From the IMG/VR virus record IMGVR_UViG_3300025889_009691, positions 26,292-90,291 of that record: a stretch of 64,000 nucleotides of DNA; one strand, written 5' to 3'. The notes below the pieces were generated by a model that searched no databases, had not been told where the DNA came from, and saw only the letters and a program-made list of their open reading frames with translations. The stretch comes from a virus. Position numbers and translations under genes: made by a program. Below, piece by piece: positions 28,101-37,558 of the stretch (position 1 is its first letter; the number at the start of each line of letters is the position of its first letter).

Positions 28101-28990
28101 CAAACTTGGCGGGTGTTGAAACTCTCTTTGAGTTGTATAACGCTCCTATGATTGATTTGGCTCAAGGTTTCTTGCCTGACCTTACCACGACTACTGCTTA
28201 TGGTATGGAAGCGAAAGCTAGTGCAAACGCTGCGTTAAATGCGTTGGCTGATGCAGATAAACTAGGCCAGTATAACACTGCTGATTTGCAGCAGTTTATC
28301 AGTGACTATACTTCTACGGAGGTTGCGTTTGGTGGTAACGCTGCTGTTTCTGGTTTGTCTGCGATTATGGAGTTGAAGCGTCAGGTAGAAACTGGCGGTT
28401 TGAGTGAAGAGTTTGCCTCCATGTTTAACCTTGATGAGTTGTTGGCTAGTACTGCCCTAGAGATGGCCACGACGTTTGGTGTTCCGGTTGAGAACATAAT
28501 GGCTGCGATTGAAACGGGTAATGTTGATAACGTGACGGCTTACCTTGAGGAGACTGATAGGACGAGAGAGATTGCTCGTGCGGGCGTGTTTGGTACGGGA
28601 ACTTATGGTCAGCAGCAGGCGTATCTTGATGAGAACGCTGCTTCTTTGGTTCAGGATTCTAGGTTCCGTGAGATTTTGATGAATTCGTATGATATGTTCT
28701 CTGGTATGGAGGACGCTGATATCGCTATGATGCAGCGGGGCGGTCTTGATTATGAGCAGATTTTGCGGAGCGCAGCTGAGGAAGGTAGTTTGCCTGCGAT
28801 TATGCAGCAGTACCTTTCAGAGGTGGGCAACGATAATGATGCGAGCCTTGCAGCGCTGCAGGCGATTGAGACTGCAATTGAGGGGGTTGCTCCGATGGTT
28901 TCATTGAATGGTGAACCTGCAACACGAGTTTCTCAGAATGGTTCAGAGTACTCTTTCACTATAAACGTCGCACCAGTTTCAACTGAGTAA
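25151..28990 (+). CDS. Tape measure protein
   Basis: 1279 aa, Ala/Gly-rich helical sequence, hydrophobic GxxxG segments, follows the chaperone genes. Confidence 0.88.
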   Translation: MAEARERVVIEVEIDADISGDLAAIERRLKALEDRQNALGRATRGAANANRDFDRTNRRLNKTADSNTRKFDRFRKVMDGFKNGLMKVTGVLKKFLMTFSKLSFIAIAAEIAIFSAALLAVKGLLVSGRVAVKGYQIALKGLSAAAAGVATGLAVAAAAIREFQEVQLTPFFGGGQQGARGARQLSRSFTSQTRSLLGESTGAVAGSFAQAGIRRGNVLANQLFNLSGGDAKAVQSLAAAFASAQKSGDTAGLITALQGARGFRAESIAEGASLSSIIGTVSRGGATADAFQGLGDAFAGTFIGTLKAEAESFKSIFANIGEPLLKPFRDSFLQISQIIKNDVLGIAQIMREFGPDSMAPALVGFTDAVSEFIRSNIVQNVSDIAGAADKFINFFRSVGDFFTGFGDWLRSYEGAADVVMDMLRAMFSSSEGGLFRSFSNLLEENREAFIAFGDALGNVINAFKQGFAQGNSGFFNALPRLVDTLNVVATSVLPNLFEVFGAMTPLFERFPEIIRDITETLGPMLVRIFEAMEPIFDKLPDAFKGLLKVLSALEPLIMLLIKAVDLLASALLAIPGGDMVLGLGGLYAFGKGKSALNARKNPAAAARRANRGPSFFSRGVSALDDTMYNRTGPVANRYLNMRTNPNGMFSAGTSKAAFASKLLTPLAGALGAKNFYDAYQAGVAEGGGGRSSNAFGLDRGLSMDGLRGISNYMENDPIGAGFSAAGMAATAALFGANPALAAVIGGGVTTYGAGKQALSQGSSMGNTLTGIAGSTVMGAGLGQMLIPIPGVGALIGAGAGAIAGTIAFGGTHVLQSMGFLGGTKGDRQRQRNEDFAAGMSTNLSSIAANGGTDAQFMEAQSLLQSAEAAMMAGMTAEGFTEGDTNAMRTFLMQAQSSGLLAGTEFANMDFTQMHLDDFIQNELGGVMDSLTKTIESETARRQREEEERLRKINIAVGDLSETLEVSRGEIERFVSEFGIALDTANLAGVETLFELYNAPMIDLAQGFLPDLTTTTAYGMEAKASANAALNALADADKLGQYNTADLQQFISDYTSTEVAFGGNAAVSGLSAIMELKRQVETGGLSEEFASMFNLDELLASTALEMATTFGVPVENIMAAIETGNVDNVTAYLEETDRTREIARAGVFGTGTYGQQQAYLDENAASLVQDSRFREILMNSYDMFSGMEDADIAMMQRGGLDYEQILRSAAEEGSLPAIMQQYLSEVGNDNDASLAALQAIETAIEGVAPMVSLNGEPATRVSQNGSEYSFTINVAPVSTE

Positions 28991-29007
28991 AGTAAAGGGT
29001 AAAGATT

Positions 29008-29880
29008 ATGGCAGCAAGTACAATTATAGCTTTATCGGGAAACCCGATTGCGTTTCCTGAGTGGACTACGGTTGATGTTAAGCGTGCGATTTTGCGTGCA
29101 AGTACCTCAAGGGGGCCGAGCGGTACACCGCCGGACCCGGAGCCGCTACTGGCCCGTGCGGTATCAGCACCACGAGACCGTCTTTCGGCTCCGTTCGAAA
29201 CGCTTGACGCTGAAGAAGCTCCTGCAGAGGAACCGCTGCCAGAGTTCTTGGAAGTAGTGTTTCCGTTTGGTCCACAAAACTTACAGCACCAAAACTATGG
29301 CGGAACTTACCAGCAAATTCAGCGACCCTACCTTAAACCGTTAAACGTCTATTCAACTCCACAGTTGCGTACTGTCACGTTTAATGCGGTCATTGCTCAC
29401 CGCCCAAGCGGCGGCATGTCGGTTGGACCTCTGAACGAAGACGGCGATTCGGTACAGGGTGTTGTTGACACGTTAGAGCAAATTGCTAGTTCTGGTTTTC
29501 CATGTGAGTTTATTTACGGTACGCAGGCTTTGCCGTTTTTGTCGTTCTTGACACAATTTTCGTATACGGTTAAGTATCGTAATAAAGATGGTGAGCCTTT
29601 ACGTATTGAGGCTAGTATTCAGTTGACTGAGCGGGTGGAGTATAGGCCGTTGACGGAGGAGTTGCCGTTGATTGAAAGACCTCCTAAAGCGGTGGGGGTT
29701 GGATCACCTCCTCCTGCTGACCCGTTAAATTATGCTGATCTTGCTGTAAAATACGGTCAAGATGCGGCGGAGATGGAGGCATTTTTAATAGATGTTTCCG
29801 TAACAGCCACCACACAATACGGTTTAAGCGATACAGAGGCTTACGAAACACTCGCTAGCATTGGCGAACTAGCGTTTTAA
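29008..29880 (+). CDS. Tail tube initiator/baseplate-proximal protein
   Basis: Position after the TMP gene; FPF.P..L..., I.RP...PL, LRTVTF, G.P.R..ASIQLTE pattern. Confidence 0.6.
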   Translation: MAASTIIALSGNPIAFPEWTTVDVKRAILRASTSRGPSGTPPDPEPLLARAVSAPRDRLSAPFETLDAEEAPAEEPLPEFLEVVFPFGPQNLQHQNYGGTYQQIQRPYLKPLNVYSTPQLRTVTFNAVIAHRPSGGMSVGPLNEDGDSVQGVVDTLEQIASSGFPCEFIYGTQALPFLSFLTQFSYTVKYRNKDGEPLRIEASIQLTERVEYRPLTEELPLIERPPKAVGVGSPPPADPLNYADLAVKYGQDAAEMEAFLIDVSVTATTQYGLSDTEAYETLASIGELAF

Positions 29881-29888
29881 GGTTAAAT

Positions 29889-31352
29889 ATGAACTTTTTA
29901 CCTCTAGACAGTCTACTCATCGGTGAACTTGACGAAACCGAACTGAAAGAAATCAAAGAAGGCATCATGAACCTATCTATTGATCTCACAAGCAAAATGG
30001 TAAGCGAGCTAAAGTTCACAGTCTACGACAACAACTTTAACATGTTTACCAACAACTACTTTATCATTGGGCGAAGAGTTACTTTCCTTAATGAAGAGTA
30101 CGAAATTGCTGAAGCGTCGCTAAACTTCAATGCCCGCAACCGCAACATTACAGTTCGTGCAAGGTCACGAGCAACAGAACAGATGCGGAAAGATAAAGGC
30201 GCAAAGTCGTTTGGTAACATTTCGCCTTCAATTTTTGCTGCCAACATGGCTGAAAAGTTTGGGTTGCAAATTTTTGCTGAAGATAGTCCACGGAAAGCGA
30301 TCAAACGAGAAGCTTCGGAGAATAAAGAAGAGTCTACGTGGGATGTTCTTGTTCGGTTGGCTAGAGAGTTAGAGTTTATGTGTTTTGAGGCTAGAGGGGT
30401 GTTGTTCTTTGCGTCTCAGGATTTTATTGCGGATCATGCTCCTGAGGTTACTATTTCGACTCCTCCGTTTCAAATTAACACATATGGTGAGTTGGATTAT
30501 TCTAGGATTTCGGGTGAGAATCCGTTGGAGGCTACTTCGCTTGATTTTAAAGCTTCGCAGGATGAGGAGAAGCCTTATAATGGTTCTTTGTCGTTGTTGA
30601 CGAATGCTACTAGTAGGTCTTTTTATCCGGGTGTGGTTGTTAAGCTTCCAGATTTGACTGCAAAGTATGGTAATCCTCGTTTGATGGTTGAGCGTGTGAG
30701 TGTGGAGGCTGGTGTTGATAAGTTGGTGAGGATTACTTGTTCGTCTGTTGATTCGTTAGAGGAGCTTGAGTGTAAGTTGAAAACATTTGAGAGGGGTGCG
30801 TCTGGTGATTGTGTTAAGCGTATTCAGCGTGCTGTTAAAACTCAGGTTGATGGGAAGTTTGGTCCGGCTACGGAGGCGGCGGTGAAGCGGTTCCAGGCGT
30901 ATGTTGGTTTGCCTGAGACTGGTGTTGTGGATGCTGCGACGTGGGATAAGATTGAGAGCACTACGGTTGATTTCCCGTTGCAGACGAGTAGTGGCATTAC
31001 GAGTCGCTCAGCTAGTACGTCTACTACGGATGATGGTGGGGTTTCAGAAGCGGAACGGCTGGCAGCTGCTAGAAGGCGGCAAACTGAATTGGAAGATCGT
31101 GAGAGGAGATTACGTTCGCCGGGTATTACAGCAACTAAAAAAGTATTGTCTCCTACGGACGCTGAAATTGAAGCGGGTGTTCTTAGAGTAAAGAAGGCTG
31201 CTAGTGCGATTGTGGACAATTTCTTGGAGATTGTGTCCCCGCCTCGAACGAATCCTACGGTACCGAATGAGGTATTAACTGACTTTTGGAATAGTCCACA
31301 GGGTATCGCTTTGGCTGAACACCACAAAGAAAAAGGGAACATACTACCTTAG
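29889..31352 (+). CDS. Baseplate hub protein (gp27/gpD-like) with a peptidoglycan-binding domain
   Basis: Position; ESTWD.L.RLA.E..F..FE..G.LFF; G.SG..VK.IQ..V....DG.FGP.T..AVK.FQ...GL..TG.VD..TW. Confidence 0.72.
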   Translation: MNFLPLDSLLIGELDETELKEIKEGIMNLSIDLTSKMVSELKFTVYDNNFNMFTNNYFIIGRRVTFLNEEYEIAEASLNFNARNRNITVRARSRATEQMRKDKGAKSFGNISPSIFAANMAEKFGLQIFAEDSPRKAIKREASENKEESTWDVLVRLARELEFMCFEARGVLFFASQDFIADHAPEVTISTPPFQINTYGELDYSRISGENPLEATSLDFKASQDEEKPYNGSLSLLTNATSRSFYPGVVVKLPDLTAKYGNPRLMVERVSVEAGVDKLVRITCSSVDSLEELECKLKTFERGASGDCVKRIQRAVKTQVDGKFGPATEAAVKRFQAYVGLPETGVVDAATWDKIESTTVDFPLQTSSGITSRSASTSTTDDGGVSEAERLAAARRRQTELEDRERRLRSPGITATKKVLSPTDAEIEAGVLRVKKAASAIVDNFLEIVSPPRTNPTVPNEVLTDFWNSPQGIALAEHHKEKGNILP

Positions 31353-31365
31353 GATAGATTGAATT

Positions 31366-34300
31366 ATGGTTTCTAGAGCAATAAACACAGCATACTCTAC
31401 AGGCGGCGGCGCTAACGGTCTTTGGCGTGCCATCGTACAAGCAGTAAACGACAACTCTCTTAACGTTACTATTCCACGTTTGGGTCAAAACAACGTGTAC
31501 GAAAACGTGCCGTATATTGGTTTCACTCCGCAGGTTGGTGACCGTATTTGGGTTGGGTTTATTGAGGGTCGTTCTTTTGAGCCTGTGGCGTTTGTTGGCG
31601 CTAATAACACTTCTGGTGATCCCGCAGAGGCTGATATAACAGAGGTGATCGCTGGGCTTGGTTTAAGCGGCGGAGGCGATACTGGTTCGGTTACGATTGA
31701 CTTTGAACCAAGCGAACTCACAACCGTGACATTAGCATACGACGACAAAGTAGTCATCAGTGATGACAGCGATAGCGGCGAACCTAAGCTCGTTCCTATC
31801 TCTGAAGTGATCACAACCGCTAATGGTGACGGCGGCGAGCCTATCGGTCATGAAGACAAATCCGAGAGCGTTATCTCTTTTGATTATTCCACGAGAACTT
31901 TTACGATTGCCCCCGTAAGCGACAGTTATGTGGTTTGGTGTGCCGGTCAGAAGTTTGTTAAGACAGATTCTGAGAGCGTAGTTATCGGTAGTTCTTCGGA
32001 TTTGTACTACATTTCGTTTGACGCTGAAGGCGTGTTGCAGGCTACTACGACATTTTACCAGTGGGATTCGGAAACCCCTACTGCTTACATTCATTACAAC
32101 TCTGGTGAGCCTGCTAAGTACATGCTGTTTGATGAGCGGCACGGTATTGTTTTGGATTGGCAGACGCATGAGTATTTGCATCGAACCCGTGGAGCGGCGA
32201 TTGCTAATGGCTTTGATGCGTCTAATTTTGATGTTTCTACACAGAATGGTAGCACTGACGATCAGGCGTATATTGATATTGCTGATGGTACGTTCTTTGA
32301 TGAGGACTTGCAGGTAGATATTGTTCATTCTAATACTCCCACGGCGAATACGTGGGAGCAAGATTTGCAGGGGCCTGCTCAGATTCCTGTGTTTTATCAG
32401 AGCGGCACGACTGGGTGGACTTATGATGCTCCAACTAACTTCCCTTTGAAGTATGGTGGTACTCCTAGTCCGACTTATAATTTGAATTCTGGTGGCACGT
32501 GGAGCACTCCTGAGATCACTTCAAACAATTATGGTATCAGTTGGATCGTGGCAACTAACCAGTTGAATTATCCTGTGATTGCGATTATGGGTCAGGATTA
32601 TTACACGAATGTGGGTGATGCTGAGGCGGTGACTTGGGATTCAATGAATCTTGACGATTTGCCTGTGGTTGAGTTGCGGGTATTGTATAAGGTTATTTAT
32701 CGTGCTTCTGGGTCGAACACTCCGGGCGCTTATTTTGTTGAGGTTGATGATTATCGTAGGGCGTTGTCGTCTGCTACGAGTACTGCTGCGGCTGTGGTGG
32801 ATCATGGTAATTTGACTGGTTTGGGTGATGATGATCATACGCAGTATTTGTTGGTTGATGGTTCTCGTGATGCTGTTGAGTTGACGGTTACTGGTGATCT
32901 TGTGGTTGATACGGACACGTTGCATGTGGATGCAACGAATGATCGTGTTGGTATCGGCACTACGTCTCCTGCTGCGGCTCTTGATGTGGCAGCGACTGGG
33001 GCGGATGCTGTTCACCTTCATGGTCAGGTTCGTATTGATGGCGCTGACCCTAGCCGTTTGACTATTGGTGCGAAGGATTCAAGCAACCTCTGGAATCTGG
33101 ACAACAACAACGGGACGCTTCGGATTTTCCGTGAAAACTGGGCTGCTTCGGGCACTGGCTCAAGCGGTAGCACCAAAATCACCATAACCGATGACGGTGA
33201 TGTGGCGTTTGATACGGACACGTTGTTTGTGGATGCAACGAATGATCGTGTGGGTATCAACACTACCTCTGTGACTGCTGGTCATGTTTTGGAGACAAGA
33301 GGAGCAGTCCTCATCTCGTCTACGGCTGGCGTTGGCAACACGCACTTCCCGTTCACCGACGGACGGTTCTATTACACCGCCGACCCGGAGACGGGCGGCA
33401 CAGGTGACCATGTGTTCCGTCATTACAGTGGTGGTTCGTATGTAGAGCAGATGCGGATTTTGGAGGGTGGCAAGGTCGGCATCGGCACTAATTCGCCTGT
33501 TGCCGGGTTGGATATTGCTACGACTGCTGGCGACACATGGACGACTAACGGTTGGGATTCGGGCCTGATTCTCAACGCAGCTTCGGCGCTGCGTTGGCGG
33601 ACCGCCAACGGTGTCGATTGGGGAATCGGCAACTCCGGCTCGACCCTCTACTTCATGTCGTCTACGAGTTCTACTACGGGTGCGGCTGCTGATTATCGGA
33701 TGGTCATAAACGGAAGCGGTCAGGTGGGCATTGGCACCACGGCGCCTACTGCGGGTTATGAGTTGGACGTTATCGGAGATGGCCGGTTCAGCAGCAGTGT
33801 CTACGCACAGCTCCACAACTCAAACAGCAACCAATCACGAGACAAGCTGCGGGTGTGGGATAGCTCTCCGTTTACCATTGGTATGAAGACCGGCTACTCG
33901 TTCGGATACCTCGGCGGTGTGACCACCGGCACCGATTACGCCATGTCGTTCCAGATGAGTAACAACGCTAACCGTGGCTGGTGGTGGGGCGATACTGGTC
34001 ACACCGACGCTCAAGGTGCGATGTCGCTGACGACGCAAGGACAGCTCTACGTTGCCACTCGTATTCATGTCGGTGGTGGCGAGTCAAGGACCGATCCGCT
34101 GACGACGTACAACTTCGTCAACAGTGGCACGTCGTACCTGTACGGCAATGTTTCAGCACCCGGCATTTACAATCTCACGACAGTAGCGACCACGCCATAC
34201 ATCCATTTGAGTTCAGGCACCTACGCCTACAAGCTTTACCGCTCAACCTCGACGCTTGCGTCCAAGCGGAACATCGAAGAGTTGAGCGACACTTACGCCG

Positions 34301-34608
34301 ACCTCATGCTTCAGTCTCGGCCTGTTTGGTATCAGTCGGCTGTTGAGACTGACGACCCTGGCTGGTCATGGCTCGGCTTGATCGCTGAAGAACAAGCCGC
34401 TCTTGATCCTCACCTTGCCAACTGGCAGGTGCGGGAAGATTGGGAAGGCGAGGAGTTTGAGCACCTGTCGATGTACCCAGCCGAAGCACTTGAAGTTTCA
34501 GGTGTTCCCTACGAAAGATTGTCGGTGCCTTTGTTGTTGCTGTGCCAGCGTCAGCAGCGAGAGATTGACGACCTTCAAGCACGACTAGCTGCGCTAGAGG
34601 CACAGTAA
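31366..34608 (+). CDS. Baseplate spike (gp5/gpV OB-fold N-terminus) fused to a long fibre with a C-terminal S74-type intramolecular chaperone
   Basis: N-terminal V.IP.L...P.VGD..WV.F..G....PV; VGIGTT.P repeats; C-terminal S....KRNI...PV.Y...GLIAEE...YERL...L.ARL..LE. Confidence 0.78.
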   Translation: MVSRAINTAYSTGGGANGLWRAIVQAVNDNSLNVTIPRLGQNNVYENVPYIGFTPQVGDRIWVGFIEGRSFEPVAFVGANNTSGDPAEADITEVIAGLGLSGGGDTGSVTIDFEPSELTTVTLAYDDKVVISDDSDSGEPKLVPISEVITTANGDGGEPIGHEDKSESVISFDYSTRTFTIAPVSDSYVVWCAGQKFVKTDSESVVIGSSSDLYYISFDAEGVLQATTTFYQWDSETPTAYIHYNSGEPAKYMLFDERHGIVLDWQTHEYLHRTRGAAIANGFDASNFDVSTQNGSTDDQAYIDIADGTFFDEDLQVDIVHSNTPTANTWEQDLQGPAQIPVFYQSGTTGWTYDAPTNFPLKYGGTPSPTYNLNSGGTWSTPEITSNNYGISWIVATNQLNYPVIAIMGQDYYTNVGDAEAVTWDSMNLDDLPVVELRVLYKVIYRASGSNTPGAYFVEVDDYRRALSSATSTAAAVVDHGNLTGLGDDDHTQYLLVDGSRDAVELTVTGDLVVDTDTLHVDATNDRVGIGTTSPAAALDVAATGADAVHLHGQVRIDGADPSRLTIGAKDSSNLWNLDNNNGTLRIFRENWAASGTGSSGSTKITITDDGDVAFDTDTLFVDATNDRVGINTTSVTAGHVLETRGAVLISSTAGVGNTHFPFTDGRFYYTADPETGGTGDHVFRHYSGGSYVEQMRILEGGKVGIGTNSPVAGLDIATTAGDTWTTNGWDSGLILNAASALRWRTANGVDWGIGNSGSTLYFMSSTSSTTGAAADYRMVINGSGQVGIGTTAPTAGYELDVIGDGRFSSSVYAQLHNSNSNQSRDKLRVWDSSPFTIGMKTGYSFGYLGGVTTGTDYAMSFQMSNNANRGWWWGDTGHTDAQGAMSLTTQGQLYVATRIHVGGGESRTDPLTTYNFVNSGTSYLYGNVSAPGIYNLTTVATTPYIHLSSGTYAYKLYRSTSTLASKRNIEELSDTYADLMLQSRPVWYQSAVETDDPGWSWLGLIAEEQAALDPHLANWQVREDWEGEEFEHLSMYPAEALEVSGVPYERLSVPLLLLCQRQQREIDDLQARLAALEAQ
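32906..33258 (+). repeat. 50-bp direct repeat pair (32906-32955 and 33209-33258), 47/50 identical, 303 bp apart in frame
   Basis: TTGATACGGACACGTTG(CA/TT)TGTGGATGCAACGAATGATCGTGT(T/G)GGTATC. Confidence 0.85.
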
Positions 34609-34685
34609 CGCCACGTTTATGGAAACAGGGTTGCTTCTTTAACCCGTATCCACTATACTATTGGAAGCAACCAATGGAGTAGAAC

Positions 34686-35420
34686 ATGTTTCCCAAAACG
34701 TTTACGCAACTGTTTGCGTCTTTAACCGCAGCCTTCTTGCTTATAGGCTGTGCTGCTGATGATCCGCTAGACATCAACGACCCTGAGCCTAACCCTGAGC
34801 CTGTTGTGGAAGAAGTAGAAGAACCTGTTTCTACTCCACGGCGAGTAGAAGACTATTCGTCTGTAGCGCCTGCCAATTTGAGCGCTCTAGAACCTGTTAT
34901 TGACGTTCTACTAGACGAATATACGTGGGGCCGTGGAGACAACGTAGAAGCCTTACAGAGAGTCTTGGGCGTCACAGCAGACGGCCAGTATGGCCCTAAA
35001 ACCAAAGCAGCCCATATCGAACTGTTAGAAGGCATGGGGTGGAGTACAGACAACGTTCCAGGGTCTCCTGTGGTAAGTTCAACGGCGTCTAACACGAACC
35101 CTACTCCGCTGTGTACTGAATGGTGGGATGTGGCTCGTTCTGCGGGGTGGGCTGAAGAAGATTTGCCTAAACTTGGGCAGATCATGTTTGAGGAGTCCAC
35201 GTGCAGGCCCGGAGCTATTAGTCCTACGAGAGATTATGGTTTGACTCAGATTAACTGGGCGGCACACGGAGGTAGGCTGACAGGTCTTGGTTTGACTCGT
35301 GAAGATTTGCTTGATCCGTACACTAATTTGGTGCAAGCCAAGTACATTGCGGATTCGGCTGCTAGTTGGGCTGGCTGCAAGTGGCAGCCTTGGTATATGA
35401 GCGGCAGTTGGTGCGGCTAA
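34686..35420 (+). CDS. Lipoprotein with PG-binding and lytic transglycosylase (SLT/lysozyme-like) domains
   Basis: Lipobox LLIGC; V.ALQ..LGV.ADG.YGP.T; EES.C.P.A...DYGL.QIN...L.DP..N...A...W.PW. Confidence 0.75.
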   Translation: MFPKTFTQLFASLTAAFLLIGCAADDPLDINDPEPNPEPVVEEVEEPVSTPRRVEDYSSVAPANLSALEPVIDVLLDEYTWGRGDNVEALQRVLGVTADGQYGPKTKAAHIELLEGMGWSTDNVPGSPVVSSTASNTNPTPLCTEWWDVARSAGWAEEDLPKLGQIMFEESTCRPGAISPTRDYGLTQINWAAHGGRLTGLGLTREDLLDPYTNLVQAKYIADSAASWAGCKWQPWYMSGSWCG

Positions 35421-35459
35421 TGTGGTATACTAGGTGTGTAACCTATTTTGGAGTTTGTT

Positions 35460-35744
35460 ATGGCTAGAAAGAAAGCTGTTAAAAAGACTGTTAAAAAGAC
35501 TGTTAAAAAGACTGTTCAGTCTCAGCCCGCAGTTGAAGAGTACATTGCGCCAGAGTATCTAGGCGTTTTACGTAACGGGTCTAGAGATGCATCTGTAAAT
35601 CACGTGCAAGAAAAGCTAGGAATTACGGGAGACGGATGGTACGGGCGAGAAACCACTCGTGCTGTCCGAAAGTACCAGCAAAACAACAAACTCTATAATG
35701 ACGGTATTGTTGGCCCTAAAACATGGAAGCACATGTTCGGATAG
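35460..35744 (+). CDS. Small PG-binding protein with a Lys-rich N-terminus
   Basis: GGAG SD; KKTV x3; LR.GS....V..VQ.KLG...DG.YG..T..AV..YQ....L..DG.VGP.TW. Confidence 0.8.
   Translation: MARKKAVKKTVKKTVKKTVQSQPAVEEYIAPEYLGVLRNGSRDASVNHVQEKLGITGDGWYGRETTRAVRKYQQNNKLYNDGIVGPKTWKHMFG
35476..35516 (+). repeat. 12-bp tandem repeat (CTGTTAAAAAGA) x3.4
   Basis: Direct reading; encodes KKTV repeats. Confidence 0.9.
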
Positions 35745-35788
35745 CCATAGGCTTGACAGACTAACCTGCTTTGGGGTAGACTACCTCT

Positions 35789-36304
35789 ATGGATAAAAAG
35801 ATTGTCAGAGAAGCCGTAGCACCCGCTGCGATCCCGACTTTAGCGGAGAATACGCATCGGGCTATTGAGCTACTGATTGCAAAAGACGGCGTGTTCCGAA
35901 CCGACGAGTCTTGGGTGTACACTGCTCTGCAGCCGCTAATTAAAAGCGGCCACGTTGACGTTGACGGAACTACCATTTCAATCGGTAAGGACTTTGAACC
36001 GTTCCTGCTAAACATGGCTGACCGTTCTGCAATTTACAACACAACTCTAAAGAACTACAGACAGTTGGTTGCGTCTAATGCTGAAAAGTATGATGTAACC
36101 AATTTTGACGTTATGGACAAAGTTGCTTCAATACATAACACTGATGAGAAAATTGTTTACCTCACAAGTGTTTTGGCTGAAACTTTCGGCAAGCTAGAAG
36201 AAGCTTTGAATCGAACTTCTTATTTGGAAAACCTTTGTAAAGAGATGGATATTTCGTTATCTGTCATGGAGTCTATGACTTTTGATGAGAGTTCTGACAG
36301 TTAA
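35789..36304 (+). CDS. Hypothetical protein
   Basis: ORF; TTGACA-18-TAGACT-6-ATG. Confidence 0.7.
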   Translation: MDKKIVREAVAPAAIPTLAENTHRAIELLIAKDGVFRTDESWVYTALQPLIKSGHVDVDGTTISIGKDFEPFLLNMADRSAIYNTTLKNYRQLVASNAEKYDVTNFDVMDKVASIHNTDEKIVYLTSVLAETFGKLEEALNRTSYLENLCKEMDISLSVMESMTFDESSDS

Positions 36305-36548
36305 TGCACGAGTTCTGCTCGCCGTGCTGGAGCATCCTGATATGACTCAGAAGCAAATAGCTGACGAGTTGGGGATGCGCTACCAGCATGTTTGGCGGGC
36401 GTTAGACCGACTAGTAAAGGAAGGAATACTGCGGAAGGAACGTCAAAATAGACGGACCTACTTTTTTGCAGATGAAGGGTTTTACAGCCTTGATGACATT
36501 CAACGCTTACAGGCTTGCATGTCGCTGCAACATGTGGTAAACTCATAG
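36285..36548 (+). CDS. Winged HTH (MarR-like) DNA-binding protein
   Basis: VL..V...P.MTQKQIADELGM....V.RAL..L.KEG.L.KER..RR..Y. Confidence 0.8.
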   Translation: MRVLTVNARVLLAVLEHPDMTQKQIADELGMRYQHVWRALDRLVKEGILRKERQNRRTYFFADEGFYSLDDIQRLQACMSLQHVVNS

Positions 36549-36551
36549 ATT

Positions 36552-37313
36552 ATGGCTAAGATACTGTATTACGATATAGAGACGGCACCGAACCTAAGTA
36601 TGGTTTGGGGCCACTACGAGCAGAATGTGATTACACATGAGCGAGAGTGGTATATGCTTTGTGTCTCTTACCGTTGGGAGCACGAGAAGAAGTCTCATGT
36701 GACTTCGCTGGTTGACTTCCCTGCGGACTATAAGAAAGACCCTGAGAACGACTTCCACGTGGTTAAGAAGCTGTGGGAGTTGTTTGATGAGGCTGACATT
36801 GTGATTGCTCACAACGGTGACAAGTTTGATATGCGTAAGGCTAACGCTCGTTTCGTGGCCCACGGTTTAGGTCCTGCGTCGCCTGTTAAGTCAATAGACA
36901 CGTTGAAGGTTGCCCGTAAGTACTTTATGTTCAACAGCAACAAGCTAGATCATCTGGGCGATCATTTGGGCGTTGGCCGTAAGGTTTCTACCGGAGGGTT
37001 TGAAACCTGGGCCGGTTGTATGCGTGGCGATATGAAGTATTGGAAGTTGATGATTAAGTATGCTAAGCAGGATGTTGATTTGCTTCGAAAAGTTTATCTT
37101 CAGTTGCGTCCTTGGATGACGAATCATCCTAACCTTAACATCTTTGATGGTACGAATGCGTGTCCTACGTGTGGGTCTAAGCGCTTGCAGAAGCGGGGTA
37201 CTAAACGTACACAGGTGTCGGTTTACCAGCAGTATCAATGTAACGACTGTGGGTCTTATTCTCGTCAGCGAGTCGCTGATGCTGACGCTATCAAGCCTGA
37301 GATTGTTCCCTGA
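36552..37313 (+). CDS. DEDD/RNase H-like 3'-5' exonuclease with a C-terminal zinc ribbon
   Basis: YYDIET, AHNGDKFD, IDTL, Y.KQDV, CPTCGS...C.DCG. Confidence 0.85.
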   Translation: MAKILYYDIETAPNLSMVWGHYEQNVITHEREWYMLCVSYRWEHEKKSHVTSLVDFPADYKKDPENDFHVVKKLWELFDEADIVIAHNGDKFDMRKANARFVAHGLGPASPVKSIDTLKVARKYFMFNSNKLDHLGDHLGVGRKVSTGGFETWAGCMRGDMKYWKLMIKYAKQDVDLLRKVYLQLRPWMTNHPNLNIFDGTNACPTCGSKRLQKRGTKRTQVSVYQQYQCNDCGSYSRQRVADADAIKPEIVP

Positions 37314-37324
37314 TTTAGATTGTT

Positions 37325-37558
37325 ATGTTTACATCAGACGATCTGTATGGAATGGCTCCAGACAAGTTACTAGTTTCTGACGACTTTACTGTCTGGTACG
37401 CCTTTTATGACGATGAACTATCCGTGCTGTCCAATGCTGAGGGCACGCTTGAAGCTTACAGTTACGACAATAAGTCGGAGTATCGTGAAGTTCGTCGGTT
37501 TATTAAAGAGCAGTATCCTGTGAAAGAGACAAATGCGTACACCTACGATGAAGATTAG
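37325..37558 (+). CDS. Hypothetical protein
   Basis: ORF filling the gap between recognised genes. Confidence 0.6.
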   Translation: MFTSDDLYGMAPDKLLVSDDFTVWYAFYDDELSVLSNAEGTLEAYSYDNKSEYREVRRFIKEQYPVKETNAYTYDED

